DNA of 64,000 nucleotides, from assembly GCA_003150355.1 (NCBI GenBank), contig QAMJ01000017.1, positions 32,251 to 96,250 on the forward strand, in the 5' to 3' direction. A program made the position numbers and the translations under genes. Below, piece by piece: positions 1 through 10,263 of the stretch (position 1 is its first letter; each line of letters opens with the position of its first letter). The DNA comes from Clostridiales bacterium. Lineage in GTDB: Bacteria > Bacillota > Clostridia > Oscillospirales > Oscillospiraceae. The notes beneath the pieces are model-generated. The model saw only the letters and a list, made by a program, of their open reading frames with translations, had not been told where the DNA came from and did no database searches.

Positions 1-50
1 TGCACTGGTCGTTATCGGTGTGGTACGCTCTAAACGCGGGAAGGACGATA

Positions 51-704
51 ATGCGTAAGCGCAGAGCAAGCCCGTTTTTAATAATAGGAACAGTGCTGCT
101 TGCGGCGGCACTGTCCCTTTATATCCTTAACCGTCTGGACAGCCGCCGCGCCGGTCGGGAGGCGGACAGCGTGCTCGGCGGCGTGCAGACGCAGATACTT
201 GCACACACCCCGCTGCCGACTGAACATGATCCTCAGGCGGGGAATGCTCCGCCGCCCACGCCTATACCGGAAATGCCGGTAGTTACCGTTGACGGAAACG
301 ACTACATCGGATATCTCTCCGTTCCGTCGCTTGGACTCGAACTGCCCATTATGTCCGATTGGGACTATGACAAGCTCCAGCTGGCTCCATGCCGACAACT
401 CGGTTCGGTCTACACGGACGACCTTGTTATCGCTGCGCACAATTATGACACGCACTTCGGCAAGCTGAGGGAGCTGTCCGAAGGAGAAACAGTCCTTTTT
501 ACAGACATGGAGGGCATCGTCAGCACCTATTGCGTTGAGAAGCTCGAAACGCTGAGCCCGGATGCGGTTGATACCGTCCTGAACAGCGGCTATGACCTTG
601 TTCTCTATACCTGCACCAAGGGCGGAAGGACGCGAGTGATAGTGTTCTGTGACAGAGCAGCAGAAACTGCATCTTCATCAGCTCCAAGACAAACGGAAAA
701 GTGA
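51..704 (+). CDS. sortase-family transpeptidase (class not assigned)
   Basis: ORF track 18..704. An in-frame ATG at 51 is preceded by GGAAGGA. N-terminal membrane anchor FLIIGTVLLAAALSLYIL. His region VIAAHNY, TLxTC-like LVLYTCT and a downstream Arg (GGRTRV) fit the sortase active-site layout. Confidence 0.8.
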   Translation: MRKRRASPFLIIGTVLLAAALSLYILNRLDSRRAGREADSVLGGVQTQILAHTPLPTEHDPQAGNAPPPTPIPEMPVVTVDGNDYIGYLSVPSLGLELPIMSDWDYDKLQLAPCRQLGSVYTDDLVIAAHNYDTHFGKLRELSEGETVLFTDMEGIVSTYCVEKLETLSPDAVDTVLNSGYDLVLYTCTKGGRTRVIVFCDRAAETASSSAPRQTEK

Positions 705-809
705 GGCTGAGCATGACAAAGCGCTCGCGGGGCAGCTTGCCCATGCGGACGAGACGAGCATATACACGCTGAGAAACGATAAAATCTCAAGCGGCCGTTT
801 TGATAGGCA

Positions 810-853
810 ATCAAGGCGTGGGCGGTATGCCGCTCACGCCTTGATGCTTTTTT
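810..853 (+). terminator. rho-independent terminator after the sortase gene
   Basis: 11-bp stem ATCAAGGCGTG/CACGCCTTGAT (810-820 and 835-845), followed by GCTTTTTT. Confidence 0.7.
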
Positions 854-864
854 AGCTTTACCTT

Positions 865-1554
865 TCAGTTCTGGCCGTAGTAGGCGTTTTTGCCGTGCTT
901 GCGGAGATAGTGCTTGTCCAGAAGCTCCTGCTGCATGTGTCCGCTGTCGGCGTTGAGCATCATGGTGTGCCAGTCCATGAAGGCGACCTCCTCCATCACA
1001 ACGGCGTTGTGCACTGCCTCCAAGGCGTCCTTGCCCCATGCGAACGGACCGTGCGAATGCACCACAACGCCGGGAACAGCGGCGGGGTCGGTGCAGGCAA
1101 AGGTTTCGATGATGACCTTGCCGGTCTCCTTTTCGTATTCGCCCGCGATCTCATCGGGCGTCATGAGGCGGGTGCAGGGGATGTCACCATAGAAATAATC
1201 CCCGTGCGTCGTGCCCATGGCGGGAATATTGCGCCCAGCCTGAGCGAACGTAGTCGCCCAGCGGGAGTGCGTATGGACGATGCCGCCGCACTTGGGGAAC
1301 GCCTTGTAAAGCTCCACATGCGTGGGGGTGTCGCTTGACGGCTTCCATTTGCCCTCAACGCGCGTACCGTTAAGGTCGACCACGACCATGTCCTCCGTCG
1401 TCATGCCGTCATACGGCACGCCCGACGGCTTTATCACGACAAGCCCGCTTTCCCGGTCGATACCGGAGACGTTGCCCCATGTGAATGTCACAAGGCCATA
1501 CTTCGGCAGCAGAAGATTTGCCCGAAGAACTTCCTCTTTCAGCTTTTCAAGCAT
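865..1554 (-). CDS. araD: L-ribulose-5-phosphate 4-epimerase (class II aldolase/adducin family)
   Basis: 229 aa. N-terminus [39 protein letters not shown] metal-binding motif, and C-terminus [16 protein letters not shown], all typical of AraD. Confidence 0.85.
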   Translation of the reverse strand: MLEKLKEEVLRANLLLPKYGLVTFTWGNVSGIDRESGLVVIKPSGVPYDGMTTEDMVVVDLNGTRVEGKWKPSSDTPTHVELYKAFPKCGGIVHTHSRWATTFAQAGRNIPAMGTTHGDYFYGDIPCTRLMTPDEIAGEYEKETGKVIIETFACTDPAAVPGVVVHSHGPFAWGKDALEAVHNAVVMEEVAFMDWHTMMLNADSGHMQQELLDKHYLRKHGKNAYYGQN

Positions 1555-1573
1555 ATTGCCTCTCCTTTTCTTC

Positions 1574-2932
1574 TCAATCGGTGCTGTTCGCCTTCTCTAT
1601 CACCCGCGCAGCGAGCTTATCGGTGAGCCCGAGGTCGTACACGGTCTGGAAGACGGTGTAGCGTGCGCGTATCTCCTTGCAGTAACGGAACGTGTCCATA
1701 AGCAGTTCATCGTCCACGCCGATGTCTGCCGGGGTGCAGGGACAGCCGATGTCCCGCAGAAGCGCGCGCACGGAGGAACTCTCCGGCAGGGTCTCAAGCT
1801 GAACGCGCACCGCATCCCAGCTGCGCTGCATGCTGTCGATACGCGCGAGACGGCCTTCAATATTGTTTTTGCCTGCTTTCTGCTCCAAGGCAATGACCTC
1901 GCCTGCCGCTGCACCGTAGTGGGCGCGTATCTCCAGCTCCCATGCCGCGGAGTTGTAAGCGCGCGCACTCTCGCGCGCTGCGTCGAAGTCTATATTTTCC
2001 TTGAGCAGCTCCTCGATGAGCATCAGCACCAGCACCGTCCCCACGGCGACCTGCTCGCCGTGCATCGCGGGGCGGATACCGCGCTGCTCAAGTATCGTCT
2101 CCCAATAGTGGGACATATGGTGCTCCGCACCGGAAGCGGGGCGGGAATCGCCGTAAAGACTGATGGCGGCGCCGGAGAGGACGAGACCGCGCATGACGCT
2201 TCCGAGTGTCTCCGGGTCGCGCTGCTTTATCTTCGGGGCTTCCTTCATCACATTCGCTACGCATTCGCGCACAAGCGTGACGATATTATGGCAGTAATGC
2301 TCCCCGTTTATTATCCGCGCAAGCTCCCAGTCGTTGAGGCAGGTGAGCTTGCCGATAAGGTCGCCGAAGCCCGCGACGGTCATGCGGTAAGGCGCGGTCT
2401 TGAGGATATCCGTGTCACCGATGATGACCTCGGTGCAGTGGGCGGGCATGGTGGCCTTGAGGTTGTTGACATTCATGATGCCGATGGAAGCGGCAAAGCC
2501 GTCCATCGGTGCGCCGGTGGCGACAGTGAAGCACGGCAGCTTGAGCTTGAAGCTGGAATAGCGCGTCATGTCGGTTATCGATCCCGTGCCGACGCCGATA
2601 ATGAGGTCGCAGTCGTCCGGCTTATTTATCACGATCTCGCCGAGTGTCGCCTCGTCAAAGCCAAGGTGCGTTAACGTATGCTCTGCCGCGGCGATACCAG
2701 CCGTCTGCATAAGCTCCATGCAGCGCGCGCCCGCGATCCTGTAGGTTATCTCGTCACAGAGAACGAGCGGATGGGCATAGCCCAGACTCTTCACATAGTG
2801 CGGCAGACGCTCAATTGCGCCCGCACCTATCTCCACGCCCTTTATGGGCACATAATGCGTCCGGCCGCAGTCGCACTCCAACTTTATGTTGAGGTATTTT
2901 GAGAGCTCCTGCGGAGTGTTGTACATTTTCAT
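1574..2932 (-). CDS. AraM-like sn-glycerol-1-phosphate dehydrogenase family protein (iron-containing ADH/DHQS-like), paralog 1
   Basis: ORF 1574..2998. Start refined to MKMYN at 2932, downstream of AGGGGAGA. Motifs: [16 protein letters not shown] nucleotide-binding loop, [10 protein letters not shown] metal site. Confidence 0.7.
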   Translation of the reverse strand: MKMYNTPQELSKYLNIKLECDCGRTHYVPIKGVEIGAGAIERLPHYVKSLGYAHPLVLCDEITYRIAGARCMELMQTAGIAAAEHTLTHLGFDEATLGEIVINKPDDCDLIIGVGTGSITDMTRYSSFKLKLPCFTVATGAPMDGFAASIGIMNVNNLKATMPAHCTEVIIGDTDILKTAPYRMTVAGFGDLIGKLTCLNDWELARIINGEHYCHNIVTLVRECVANVMKEAPKIKQRDPETLGSVMRGLVLSGAAISLYGDSRPASGAEHHMSHYWETILEQRGIRPAMHGEQVAVGTVLVLMLIEELLKENIDFDAARESARAYNSAAWELEIRAHYGAAAGEVIALEQKAGKNNIEGRLARIDSMQRSWDAVRVQLETLPESSSVRALLRDIGCPCTPADIGVDDELLMDTFRYCKEIRARYTVFQTVYDLGLTDKLAARVIEKANSTD

Positions 2933-3008
2933 ATTATCTCCCCTTTCAGGTGATTTCCGGCGGCGTTCACGCTCACGGTGAGCGCCGGCGGAAGTCACCG
3001 CACGGCGG

Positions 3009-3044
3009 TTTTTAAAACATAAGCCCGCATAAAGCGGGCTTATG
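3009..3044 (-). terminator. rho-independent terminator downstream of the ABC-transporter segment (read on the minus strand)
   Basis: 11-bp stem CATAAGCCCGC/GCGGGCTTATG (3018-3028 and 3034-3044). A TTTT tract follows on the minus strand. Confidence 0.6.
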
Positions 3045-3070
3045 TCAGTCAGATATTACAGCTTTGCCTA

Positions 3071-4195
3071 TCAGCCCTGAACAGCGGCGAGGTGCTCGTT
3101 CCACTTGGCAAGAAGGTCAGCCTTCTGTGCAGTCAGAGTGGGGACGTCACGGGTGACCCAGGTGATGTCGCCGGACGCCTTGAGCCATGCGTTCTCGGGA
3201 GAGGTGTAGTTGGCGTTGGTGAAGCGGAGAGTGCCCTGCATGTACTCTGCCATGGCGCTCTGACCCTCAGCGGAGGTGATCCAGTTAACGAAAGCCTTTG
3301 CAGCCGCCATGTGGGGCGCGCCCTTGACGATCGCAACACCGAAAGCAGAGGCGGAAGTGCCGTTGGAGGGGTAGCGAACCTCGGTGACAGCCTCAGTGCC
3401 GAGCTCGGCTGCGCTCTGGTTGAGCTTGATCGCACCGTCCTCGTAGGTCAGGCCGACAACGTACTCACCGTCAGAGACGGAGTTGAAGCAGACGGAAGAC
3501 TTCTCAACAACGACCATGTTCTCAAGGAGAGCGTCGATGTAGTCCCATGCCTCATCGGTGTCGATGCCGTAAACGGAGAAGATGTTGCAGAGGTTGTTCC
3601 ATGCAGCGGAGGAGCTGTTGGGATCGGAGAAGACGATCTTGCCCTTGAGTGCGGGATCGAGGAGGTCTTCGTAGGACTGGATGTTCAGACCGAGTTCCTT
3701 CTCAAGCTCGGTGTTGACGCAGAAGCAAACGGTGGAGAGGTGATCCATGCTGTACAGACCGTTGGGGGTGCTGTAACCTTCCATCTGCTCGTCATCGTTG
3801 TCAGAGACCCATGCTTCGAATATCTCGGCGTACTTGTCGCCGTCGGAATCAGCAAGGCCACCCCAAGTAACGTCGCCCTGGGGGTTGCCGGCTTCGGCCT
3901 GGATCTTCGCGGTGAACTCACCGGCGGAACCGGAGATGACCTCGATCTCAATGTCGGGGTACACTTCGTTGAAGCAGGTCTTGAGAGCGTCAAGGTCGGC
4001 TTCGGTCATGGAGGAGTAGAGGACGAGGGTGTCGCCCAGGTCTTCCTCGACTGCCGCGTCTTCGGCGGGAGCCGCTCCGTCAGCAGCGGGGGCTTCATTC
4101 TTAGCGGGCTGTTCGGCAGGTGCTGCGGACTGTCCGCAGGCGCACAGTGCAAAGATCATGCAAAGCGCCAGTACGAGTGCTAGGATTTTCTTCAT
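3071..4195 (-). CDS. ABC transporter substrate-binding lipoprotein (family-1 SBP, Fe3+/thiamine/2-aminoethylphosphonate-like)
   Basis: Signal peptide with lipobox LCACG, followed by an Ala/Pro/Glu-rich linker. It is adjacent to the permease and ATPase genes. Confidence 0.75.
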   Translation of the reverse strand: MKKILALVLALCMIFALCACGQSAAPAEQPAKNEAPAADGAAPAEDAAVEEDLGDTLVLYSSMTEADLDALKTCFNEVYPDIEIEVISGSAGEFTAKIQAEAGNPQGDVTWGGLADSDGDKYAEIFEAWVSDNDDEQMEGYSTPNGLYSMDHLSTVCFCVNTELEKELGLNIQSYEDLLDPALKGKIVFSDPNSSSAAWNNLCNIFSVYGIDTDEAWDYIDALLENMVVVEKSSVCFNSVSDGEYVVGLTYEDGAIKLNQSAAELGTEAVTEVRYPSNGTSASAFGVAIVKGAPHMAAAKAFVNWITSAEGQSAMAEYMQGTLRFTNANYTSPENAWLKASGDITWVTRDVPTLTAQKADLLAKWNEHLAAVQG

Positions 4196-4265
4196 TTTGG
4201 TTCTCCTTTTTTTTGATATATTCCCGGATGCATTTGCATCTATTGGGCAGTCGTGTGCCGGAGGA

Positions 4266-5918
4266 TCAGAGCTGTATATCGTCCTCGGACTTGCTTATCG
4301 CCATGTAGAGGAAGAGACTCAGTGCGGTGATGACGGTGAGGATGGCCGCAAATGCTGCTGCCGTGCCGTATTCGCCGCGCCCGATGTAGATATACGCCTG
4401 CATGGTGAGGGTAGTGGTCTTGTTGCTGTAAAGTATGACCGAGCTCGACAGCTCTGTCACGATGGCGACCCAGCTGAGGATCGCGCCGGAGAGGATACCG
4501 TTTGACATCATGGGCACGGTTATCTTCACGAAGGTTTTCAGCTTCGACGCGCCGAGGCTTATCGCCGCCTCTTCTATGCTTATCGGGATCTGCATCAAAG
4601 TTGCCGTTGCCGAGCGTATCGTGTACGGCATACGGCGTATCGCAAAGGACATGATCATGATGGCCATCGTGCCGGTGAGGGCAACGGGCTTGGAACCGTA
4701 GGCAATGAGCAGCGCGATACCGATGACGGCGCCGGGCATGATGTAGGGGAGCATAGCGATAGTGTCAAGCGAGTGGTTGAGCGCGTTGTTGCGGCGCACA
4801 ACAAGGTATGCGAGCACGACCGCGATGACGATGATGACCGCAAGGGCGATGATGCCCATGACGAGCGTGTTGCGCGAGGCGAGCACGAGCTTTTTCTTCA
4901 GCGCGCTCTGGTAGTTGACAAGGGAGTACCCCACGCCGAAGAGCGAGCCTTTGCTGTTGCGGAAGCTGAGATAAATGATATATATCTGCGGGAGGATCGC
5001 AATGGCGCAGAGAAGATAGCAGTACAGATGCATGAGGAAGCCGCCGAGACCCTTTGCATCCTTCTTCTCCACGGGGTGCAGGGTGTTGATGGAGAATTTG
5101 AAGCGCCCTGTTGCCCACTTCTGGAGGAAGAATATCACGGCGGTGACGATGACCGCGATAATGGCGAGTGCGGCAGCAAAGTTGTAGTTTGCACCGTTTT
5201 CACCGAGGTACTCGTTATAAAGTAGCACCGGGAAGGTCTTGAAGCCCTCGCCGAGGATGGTGGGCGTACCGAAATCGGCAAACGCCTGCATGAACACCAT
5301 GAGTGTCGCGGCAAGGATGGTGGGCATGGTGAGATGCAGCACGATGCTGAAAAGGCGCTTCACACCGGTGCAGCCCATGTTCGCCGAGGCCTCCATGAGG
5401 GTATTGTCAATGCTTTTGAAAGCGCCGTTCATGTAGATGAACACGAGCGGGAAGAACTTGAGCGTCTGCGACAGGGCAATGCCGCCGAAGCCGTAGATGC
5501 TGGGCAGGGTGATGCCGAGGACAGTTTTGAAAAACTTCGTGATGACGCCGCTGCGTCCAAGCAGCATGACCCACGAGTACGCGCCCAAAAACGGGGCTGA
5601 CATGCAGCAAAGTATGCTGACGACGAAGAGAATCTTCGCGCCCTTGAGGCGGTAGAACGCATAAAAGTACGCAAACGGGATGCCGATCACGAGCGTGAGC
5701 ACCGTGACAAAAATGGTGATCTTGAAGGAGTTATAAATGGTGTCCACATAGTAGCTGTTGCTGAAAAACTTGTGGAACTGCTCCCACGAGAAGCTGCCGT
5801 CGGGCATGATGACTGCCTGCTTGATGACGCCGAACATCGGGTAAATGAGCACCGCGATGAACAGCACCAGCAGAAGCACGGAGACGATCAGCCACCCGTC
5901 AAAACGTTTTTTGACCAT
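4266..5918 (-). CDS. ABC transporter permease, fused double-domain
   Basis: 550 aa and highly hydrophobic. Two tandem permease modules, as in FbpB/ThiP-type permeases. Confidence 0.8.
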   Translation of the reverse strand: MVKKRFDGWLIVSVLLLVLFIAVLIYPMFGVIKQAVIMPDGSFSWEQFHKFFSNSYYVDTIYNSFKITIFVTVLTLVIGIPFAYFYAFYRLKGAKILFVVSILCCMSAPFLGAYSWVMLLGRSGVITKFFKTVLGITLPSIYGFGGIALSQTLKFFPLVFIYMNGAFKSIDNTLMEASANMGCTGVKRLFSIVLHLTMPTILAATLMVFMQAFADFGTPTILGEGFKTFPVLLYNEYLGENGANYNFAAALAIIAVIVTAVIFFLQKWATGRFKFSINTLHPVEKKDAKGLGGFLMHLYCYLLCAIAILPQIYIIYLSFRNSKGSLFGVGYSLVNYQSALKKKLVLASRNTLVMGIIALAVIIVIAVVLAYLVVRRNNALNHSLDTIAMLPYIMPGAVIGIALLIAYGSKPVALTGTMAIMIMSFAIRRMPYTIRSATATLMQIPISIEEAAISLGASKLKTFVKITVPMMSNGILSGAILSWVAIVTELSSSVILYSNKTTTLTMQAYIYIGRGEYGTAAAFAAILTVITALSLFLYMAISKSEDDIQL

Positions 5919-5932
5919 AGCCTGCCCCTCCG

Positions 5933-7048
5933 TTATGCCTTTGCGCAGTCATTGCACACGCCGGTGAGTATGTTCTCGTCGCCGTCGGCAGTGAAGAGGT
6001 TGACCTTATCAGTGTTTATTTTCAGCTTTATCTCGCTCCCTGGCTCGATAATGCTGTCGATGGAGGACTCCTGAATTATCTCGACCTCCTCGCCGGAGGA
6101 CAGGTGCACAAAGTAGTGGGTGTTCAGCCCGAGGAACACGCAGTCATCCACGATGGCGGAGATGCCCTCTGTGCTGTCACGGTCGAGCAGAAATTCTTCC
6201 GGACGCACGGACAGGGTGATCTCCTGCTCTTTCTGCTGCTCGGGACGGACGGTATGTATCTCGGCGCGGTAGCCTGAGAGCGTTTCAAGATAGGTCTTGC
6301 CGCCGTCGACGACGAGCTTGCCCTTTATCACGTTGGAGCGGCCGATAAACGTGGCAACGAAGAGGTTTGCCGGGCGCTGGTAGATGCTCTTGGGGGTGCC
6401 GACATGCTGGATGACGCCGGCGTTCATGACGGCGATACGGTCGGAGACCGCCATGGCCTCCTCCTGGTCATGCGTGACATACACGGTGGTGATGCCGACA
6501 TTGTGCTGGATGTTCTTGATGACCGTGCGCATCTCAACGCGCAGCTTCGCGTCAAGGTTGGACAAAGGCTCGTCCATCAGCAGAACGTCCGGTTCGATGC
6601 ACAGTGCGCGCGCGAGCGCGACGCGCTGCTGCTGACCGCCGGAAAGGCGCTCAGGCATACGGTCGGCGTACTGGTCGATCTGCATGAGCTGCATGAACTT
6701 CTCGGACTGGGTCTTTATTTTGTCTTTGGGGAACTTCTTGTTTTTCAGGCCGAACTCAACGTTCTTTCTGACAGTGTAGTGCGGGAAGATGGCGTAGTTC
6801 TGGAAGACCATGCCAATGTTGCGCTTGGCAGGGTCAAGGTCGTTTATGCGCTTCTCACCGAAGAAGAAGTCGCCGCCCTCGATGCTGTTGAAGCCCGCGA
6901 TCATTCTCAGAAGTGTGGTCTTGCCGCAGCCGGAGGGACCAAGCAGCGTGAAAAACTCGCCCTCTCTAATGTCAAGGCTCAAATCGGGAATGATGACATT
7001 GTCACCGTACTTTTTAAGAGCGTGTTTTATGATGATCTCTTCACTCAC
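5933..7048 (-). CDS. ABC transporter ATP-binding protein
   Basis: Walker A GPSGCGKTT, signature LSGGQQQR, Walker B LLMDEP, plus a C-terminal TOBE-like extension. Confidence 0.9.
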   Translation of the reverse strand: MSEEIIIKHALKKYGDNVIIPDLSLDIREGEFFTLLGPSGCGKTTLLRMIAGFNSIEGGDFFFGEKRINDLDPAKRNIGMVFQNYAIFPHYTVRKNVEFGLKNKKFPKDKIKTQSEKFMQLMQIDQYADRMPERLSGGQQQRVALARALCIEPDVLLMDEPLSNLDAKLRVEMRTVIKNIQHNVGITTVYVTHDQEEAMAVSDRIAVMNAGVIQHVGTPKSIYQRPANLFVATFIGRSNVIKGKLVVDGGKTYLETLSGYRAEIHTVRPEQQKEQEITLSVRPEEFLLDRDSTEGISAIVDDCVFLGLNTHYFVHLSSGEEVEIIQESSIDSIIEPGSEIKLKINTDKVNLFTADGDENILTGVCNDCAKA

Positions 7049-7078
7049 TTGTGCTCTCTCCTTTACATTTGTTGTATA

Positions 7079-8341
7079 TTATTCGATTTCGCATATCTTC
7101 ATCATCCGGCGCGTTCTCATAAGCGTCAGACGATTACGCACAAGGGGTGAATTTTTCAGCAGTACGGGAAGCTCGCTCTCTTCAACACCGATAGAGGCGA
7201 GGTCGCGCTTCGCGTCCAGCATCTCCAAAAGCCCGTAAAGGTACTCCTCCGTCGGGAGCTCGTCAATTATACGCCGCAGCTCGCCCCAGCTCGCGCTGAG
7301 CTTTTCGCGGCTCACCTTTGCAAGGCAGTCGTTTTCATTTTCTTTCATCAGCGAATCCGCCAGCCGCTCGCCGAAGAATTTGCGGAAATGCTCCTCCGGT
7401 ATGGGGGCGTAGTCGGTTATGTACGGGGTTATGTCCTCTATCTTTGCAAGGCGCTTATATTCGCGCACTGCAATGAGCGAGCCGACGCCGGTCTTCTCAC
7501 CGTGCATGGCGGGGAACTTTACCGGGAATGCCTCCGGTTCCATCTCTATCATGTGGGATATATGATGCTCCGCGCCGGAGGCGGGGCGGGAGTTGCCCAT
7601 CATCTGCATTGCGATGCCGCTCATGATGAGCGCGTAGGTCACATCGGCGTAGGCGCTCTCCTCGCCGCGGACAATTCCGGGGACACTCTGCATAACAGTG
7701 TCGGCGGCATCCTGCATTATACTATAAATTTTTTCACAAAGCAACTCATGAGTGAGGACATGCGCCATTTTCCAGTCGGCAAGGGCGGTATACTTCGCCA
7801 TAATGTCTCCCACGCCGCTGCGTACGAGCTCCATGGGAGCGTTTTTGATGATCTCAGTGTCCGCCAGCACTATCTCCGGAGCGACGGCGGGCAGCGTCTT
7901 TTTGAAGCCGTACCACGTCATTGCCGCGACGGTGCTGCAAAAGCCGTCCACGCTCGCGCCAGTCGGGCAGGAGACAAAGCGTATGCCGCGCTCGTGTGCG
8001 CAGAAGCGTGCGATGTCGTGGATGGTGCCGCTGCCGACGGCGACAATGACCTCCACGTCGTCCTCGAGCTTTGCGAGAACCTCCGCCGTGGATATCTCGT
8101 TCGCGTGCAGCCCCGTCGGGTCAAGCACGATCTGCTGCTCGGCACGCGGATGCCTGTCCGCTGTGGCGGCATAGGAGTTTTCACCGTAGAGCGCGCAGCG
8201 CTTACCCGTGACGCCGAACTCCGCCATGTACTTCTCAAACTCAAAAAGGCAGCCCGGCTCTATCACCGCGGCGCGGGTCTCCATAGTATGCTCGCGCCCG
8301 CAGGCGCATTTTCCGGCGTACTTGCTGCAGTCTATAACCAT
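7079..8341 (-). CDS. AraM-like sn-glycerol-1-phosphate dehydrogenase family protein, paralog 2
   Basis: 420 aa. Motifs CACGREH, AVGSGTIHD and ASGAEHHISH parallel paralog 1. Confidence 0.7.
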   Translation of the reverse strand: MVIDCSKYAGKCACGREHTMETRAAVIEPGCLFEFEKYMAEFGVTGKRCALYGENSYAATADRHPRAEQQIVLDPTGLHANEISTAEVLAKLEDDVEVIVAVGSGTIHDIARFCAHERGIRFVSCPTGASVDGFCSTVAAMTWYGFKKTLPAVAPEIVLADTEIIKNAPMELVRSGVGDIMAKYTALADWKMAHVLTHELLCEKIYSIMQDAADTVMQSVPGIVRGEESAYADVTYALIMSGIAMQMMGNSRPASGAEHHISHMIEMEPEAFPVKFPAMHGEKTGVGSLIAVREYKRLAKIEDITPYITDYAPIPEEHFRKFFGERLADSLMKENENDCLAKVSREKLSASWGELRRIIDELPTEEYLYGLLEMLDAKRDLASIGVEESELPVLLKNSPLVRNRLTLMRTRRMMKICEIE

Positions 8342-8357
8342 CTTTCGACGCTCCTCT

Positions 8358-9074
8358 TCAAAGAAACTCTTTCATATACTCACTGAAGCGGGTGTAATCA
8401 TCCACACGGATAAAGCGGAAGTCGGAGCGGTAGACTGCCTCGTCGTTGCCGCCGGGACCGTAATCATCGCCGACATAGACGACCTCGGAATGGTCATAGC
8501 CATACTCGGCGCAGTAGCGGTCGAGCGCGTAATATTTATTGTACGGGAAAGGCGCGAGGTCGAACGACGACGACCCGCCGATGAACACCGTATAATCGGG
8601 AAAAGCGTCGCGCACGACGGGATACATCGGCTTGCGCTTTGCGCGATCCGGGTCGAAGGCGAGCTTGTCGGCAATGTCCGCCGCAGTGCCGAGCAGCGGA
8701 AACGTGACGCAGCCGGAGTCGTGATACTCCACATTATTGCCCTTGAACACCGTGTACCCGAAGCGCTCCCTCAGCGCAGTCACACGGGTCTCGACGCTGG
8801 CGCGGTCACAGGGGGCGTGTTCATCAAAAACATGGTCAAGCTCCCCAGTCGCGGCGTTATACGTGCAGAACTGCATTCCATAATTGCCGATAATATCTAT
8901 GGGGTAGCCGTTCATTTGACTGAATATGCGGCTGCACATCCCCGCACCGACCATCAGAAGCTTATACTTTGCCCGCAGTGCGTCCAGAACACCGAGATTG
9001 GGCTGGGCAAGCTTCGTCTTGTGCTGAGTGAGCGTGCCGTCAAGGTCAAACGCGATCAGTCTTACGTTATCCAT
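8358..9074 (-). CDS. HAD-superfamily (IIB-like) phosphatase
   Basis: Motif I FDLDGTL near the N-terminus. Motif IV GDDYGPGGNDEAV near the C-terminus. Confidence 0.75.
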   Translation of the reverse strand: MDNVRLIAFDLDGTLTQHKTKLAQPNLGVLDALRAKYKLLMVGAGMCSRIFSQMNGYPIDIIGNYGMQFCTYNAATGELDHVFDEHAPCDRASVETRVTALRERFGYTVFKGNNVEYHDSGCVTFPLLGTAADIADKLAFDPDRAKRKPMYPVVRDAFPDYTVFIGGSSSFDLAPFPYNKYYALDRYCAEYGYDHSEVVYVGDDYGPGGNDEAVYRSDFRFIRVDDYTRFSEYMKEFL

Positions 9075-9217
9075 ATTTTTTTGCCTTTCGTATATGAACT
9101 TTTCCTAAACGTGCGTTTTACAACGCTTTGACAATTTTGCATCAAAAATATATATTTCACGCGCCTTGCGGCGGCGTTTTTCATCAAAATAGCTAAACCG
9201 TATTATACTCACAATAC

Positions 9218-9246
9218 TTGACTTCTGCAAGATTTGGCGCTAATAT
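9218..9246 (+). promoter_or_regulatory. SigA-type promoter candidate for the DeoR regulator gene
   Basis: TTGACT (9218-9223), 17-nt spacer, TAATAT (9241-9246). It lies 43 nt upstream of the GTG start. Confidence 0.45.
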
Positions 9247-9250
9247 TGAG

Positions 9251-9269
9251 AAACGATCAAAAACGATCA
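9251..9269 (+). promoter_or_regulatory. tandem direct repeat AAACGATCA-A-AAACGATCA (candidate DeoR operator)
   Basis: Two exact 9-mers with 10-bp phasing, immediately downstream of the -10 element. Confidence 0.4.
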
Positions 9270-9288
9270 GCTTAAGGCAGGGATAGCA

Positions 9289-10032
9289 GTGAAAAACGAG
9301 CGGTACGAAAAAATAATGAATATATTGGCGGAACGCGGCTATGCAAGCGTGGACAGCCTCAGTAAGGAGCTCTTTGTCAGTATGCCGACGGTGCGGCGCG
9401 ATCTGAACACAATGCAGGATCTTGGGCTCGTGGTGCGCAGTCACGGCGGCGTGGTGCAGCGCCTGAGCGATATGGATGGAGGCCCTGCGGTTTTCCGCAT
9501 GGGCGTCAACCCTCAGGAAAAGCTCAAGCTCGATAAGGCAGCTGCAAAGCTGCTGCGCGACAACTGCATGGTGTTCATGGACGAATCTACCACGACGCTG
9601 CACATCATCGACCAGATGAGCGCTTACAAGAACATCACTGTCGTCACCAACAACATCTCCGTTTTGCAGCTCGCCGCGAAGTACCGCGTCCCCACCATCT
9701 GCCTCGGCGGCGAAACGTGCTATGACACGATGAGCTTTTACGGGTATGAGGCGGAGGAACTCATCACGCACTTCGGCATCGACATCATGTTCTACTCATC
9801 CTCGGCGATAACGCCGGGGGCGTGGATCGCCGATTACAGCGCGCGGGCAAACGCCCTGCGCCGCCGCGCCTTACAGCAGGCGGACATGAAGGTGTTCCTG
9901 TGCGACAAGTCAAAGTTTCTGAAGTCCGGCGCGTATATGCTGATGCCGCTGTGCGAGGCGGATCACATCATCACGAATGCCAAACTGCCGGATGAGCTGA
10001 ATACCGGCGCGGCGCGCGTGACGATCGTGTGA
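9289..10032 (+). CDS. DeoR-family transcriptional regulator
   Basis: N-terminal HTH (RYEKIMNILAERGYASVDSLSKELFVSMPTVRRDLNTM) and a C-terminal DeoR sugar-phosphate-binding domain. GTG start. Confidence 0.85.
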   Translation: MKNERYEKIMNILAERGYASVDSLSKELFVSMPTVRRDLNTMQDLGLVVRSHGGVVQRLSDMDGGPAVFRMGVNPQEKLKLDKAAAKLLRDNCMVFMDESTTTLHIIDQMSAYKNITVVTNNISVLQLAAKYRVPTICLGGETCYDTMSFYGYEAEELITHFGIDIMFYSSSAITPGAWIADYSARANALRRRALQQADMKVFLCDKSKFLKSGAYMLMPLCEADHIITNAKLPDELNTGAARVTIV

Positions 10033-10263
10033 AGGACACCCTTTCCTGGTTTCTTTCACCGTATCTTCCTTCCCGTAACTTCTACTGTATACATGTTCTT
10101 TGACACACTCTATAAAGCATCGTTTGTTTTTCTTAGGCATCTGCGCAGCTTGTGCGGAGGAACTGAATAGAATGTAGAAGTAATGGTATCATTCACGGTT
10201 TGTGACTTGGCGGGATACGTGATAAAATATAAGCAATTTAGTAAAGCTTAGGGAGGTGTGCCT

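Noticed and set aside
1322-2674. 450-aa plus-strand ORF, and similar long ORFs at 7388..8386, 15511..16551, 30580..31737, 32358..33695, 37550..39034, 40722..41849, 43830..44918, 45814..46977, 57597..58838 and 59336..60823
   Set aside because: All are antisense or out-of-frame shadows of ORFs with strong family signatures. None has its own RBS/start context or recognisable motifs.
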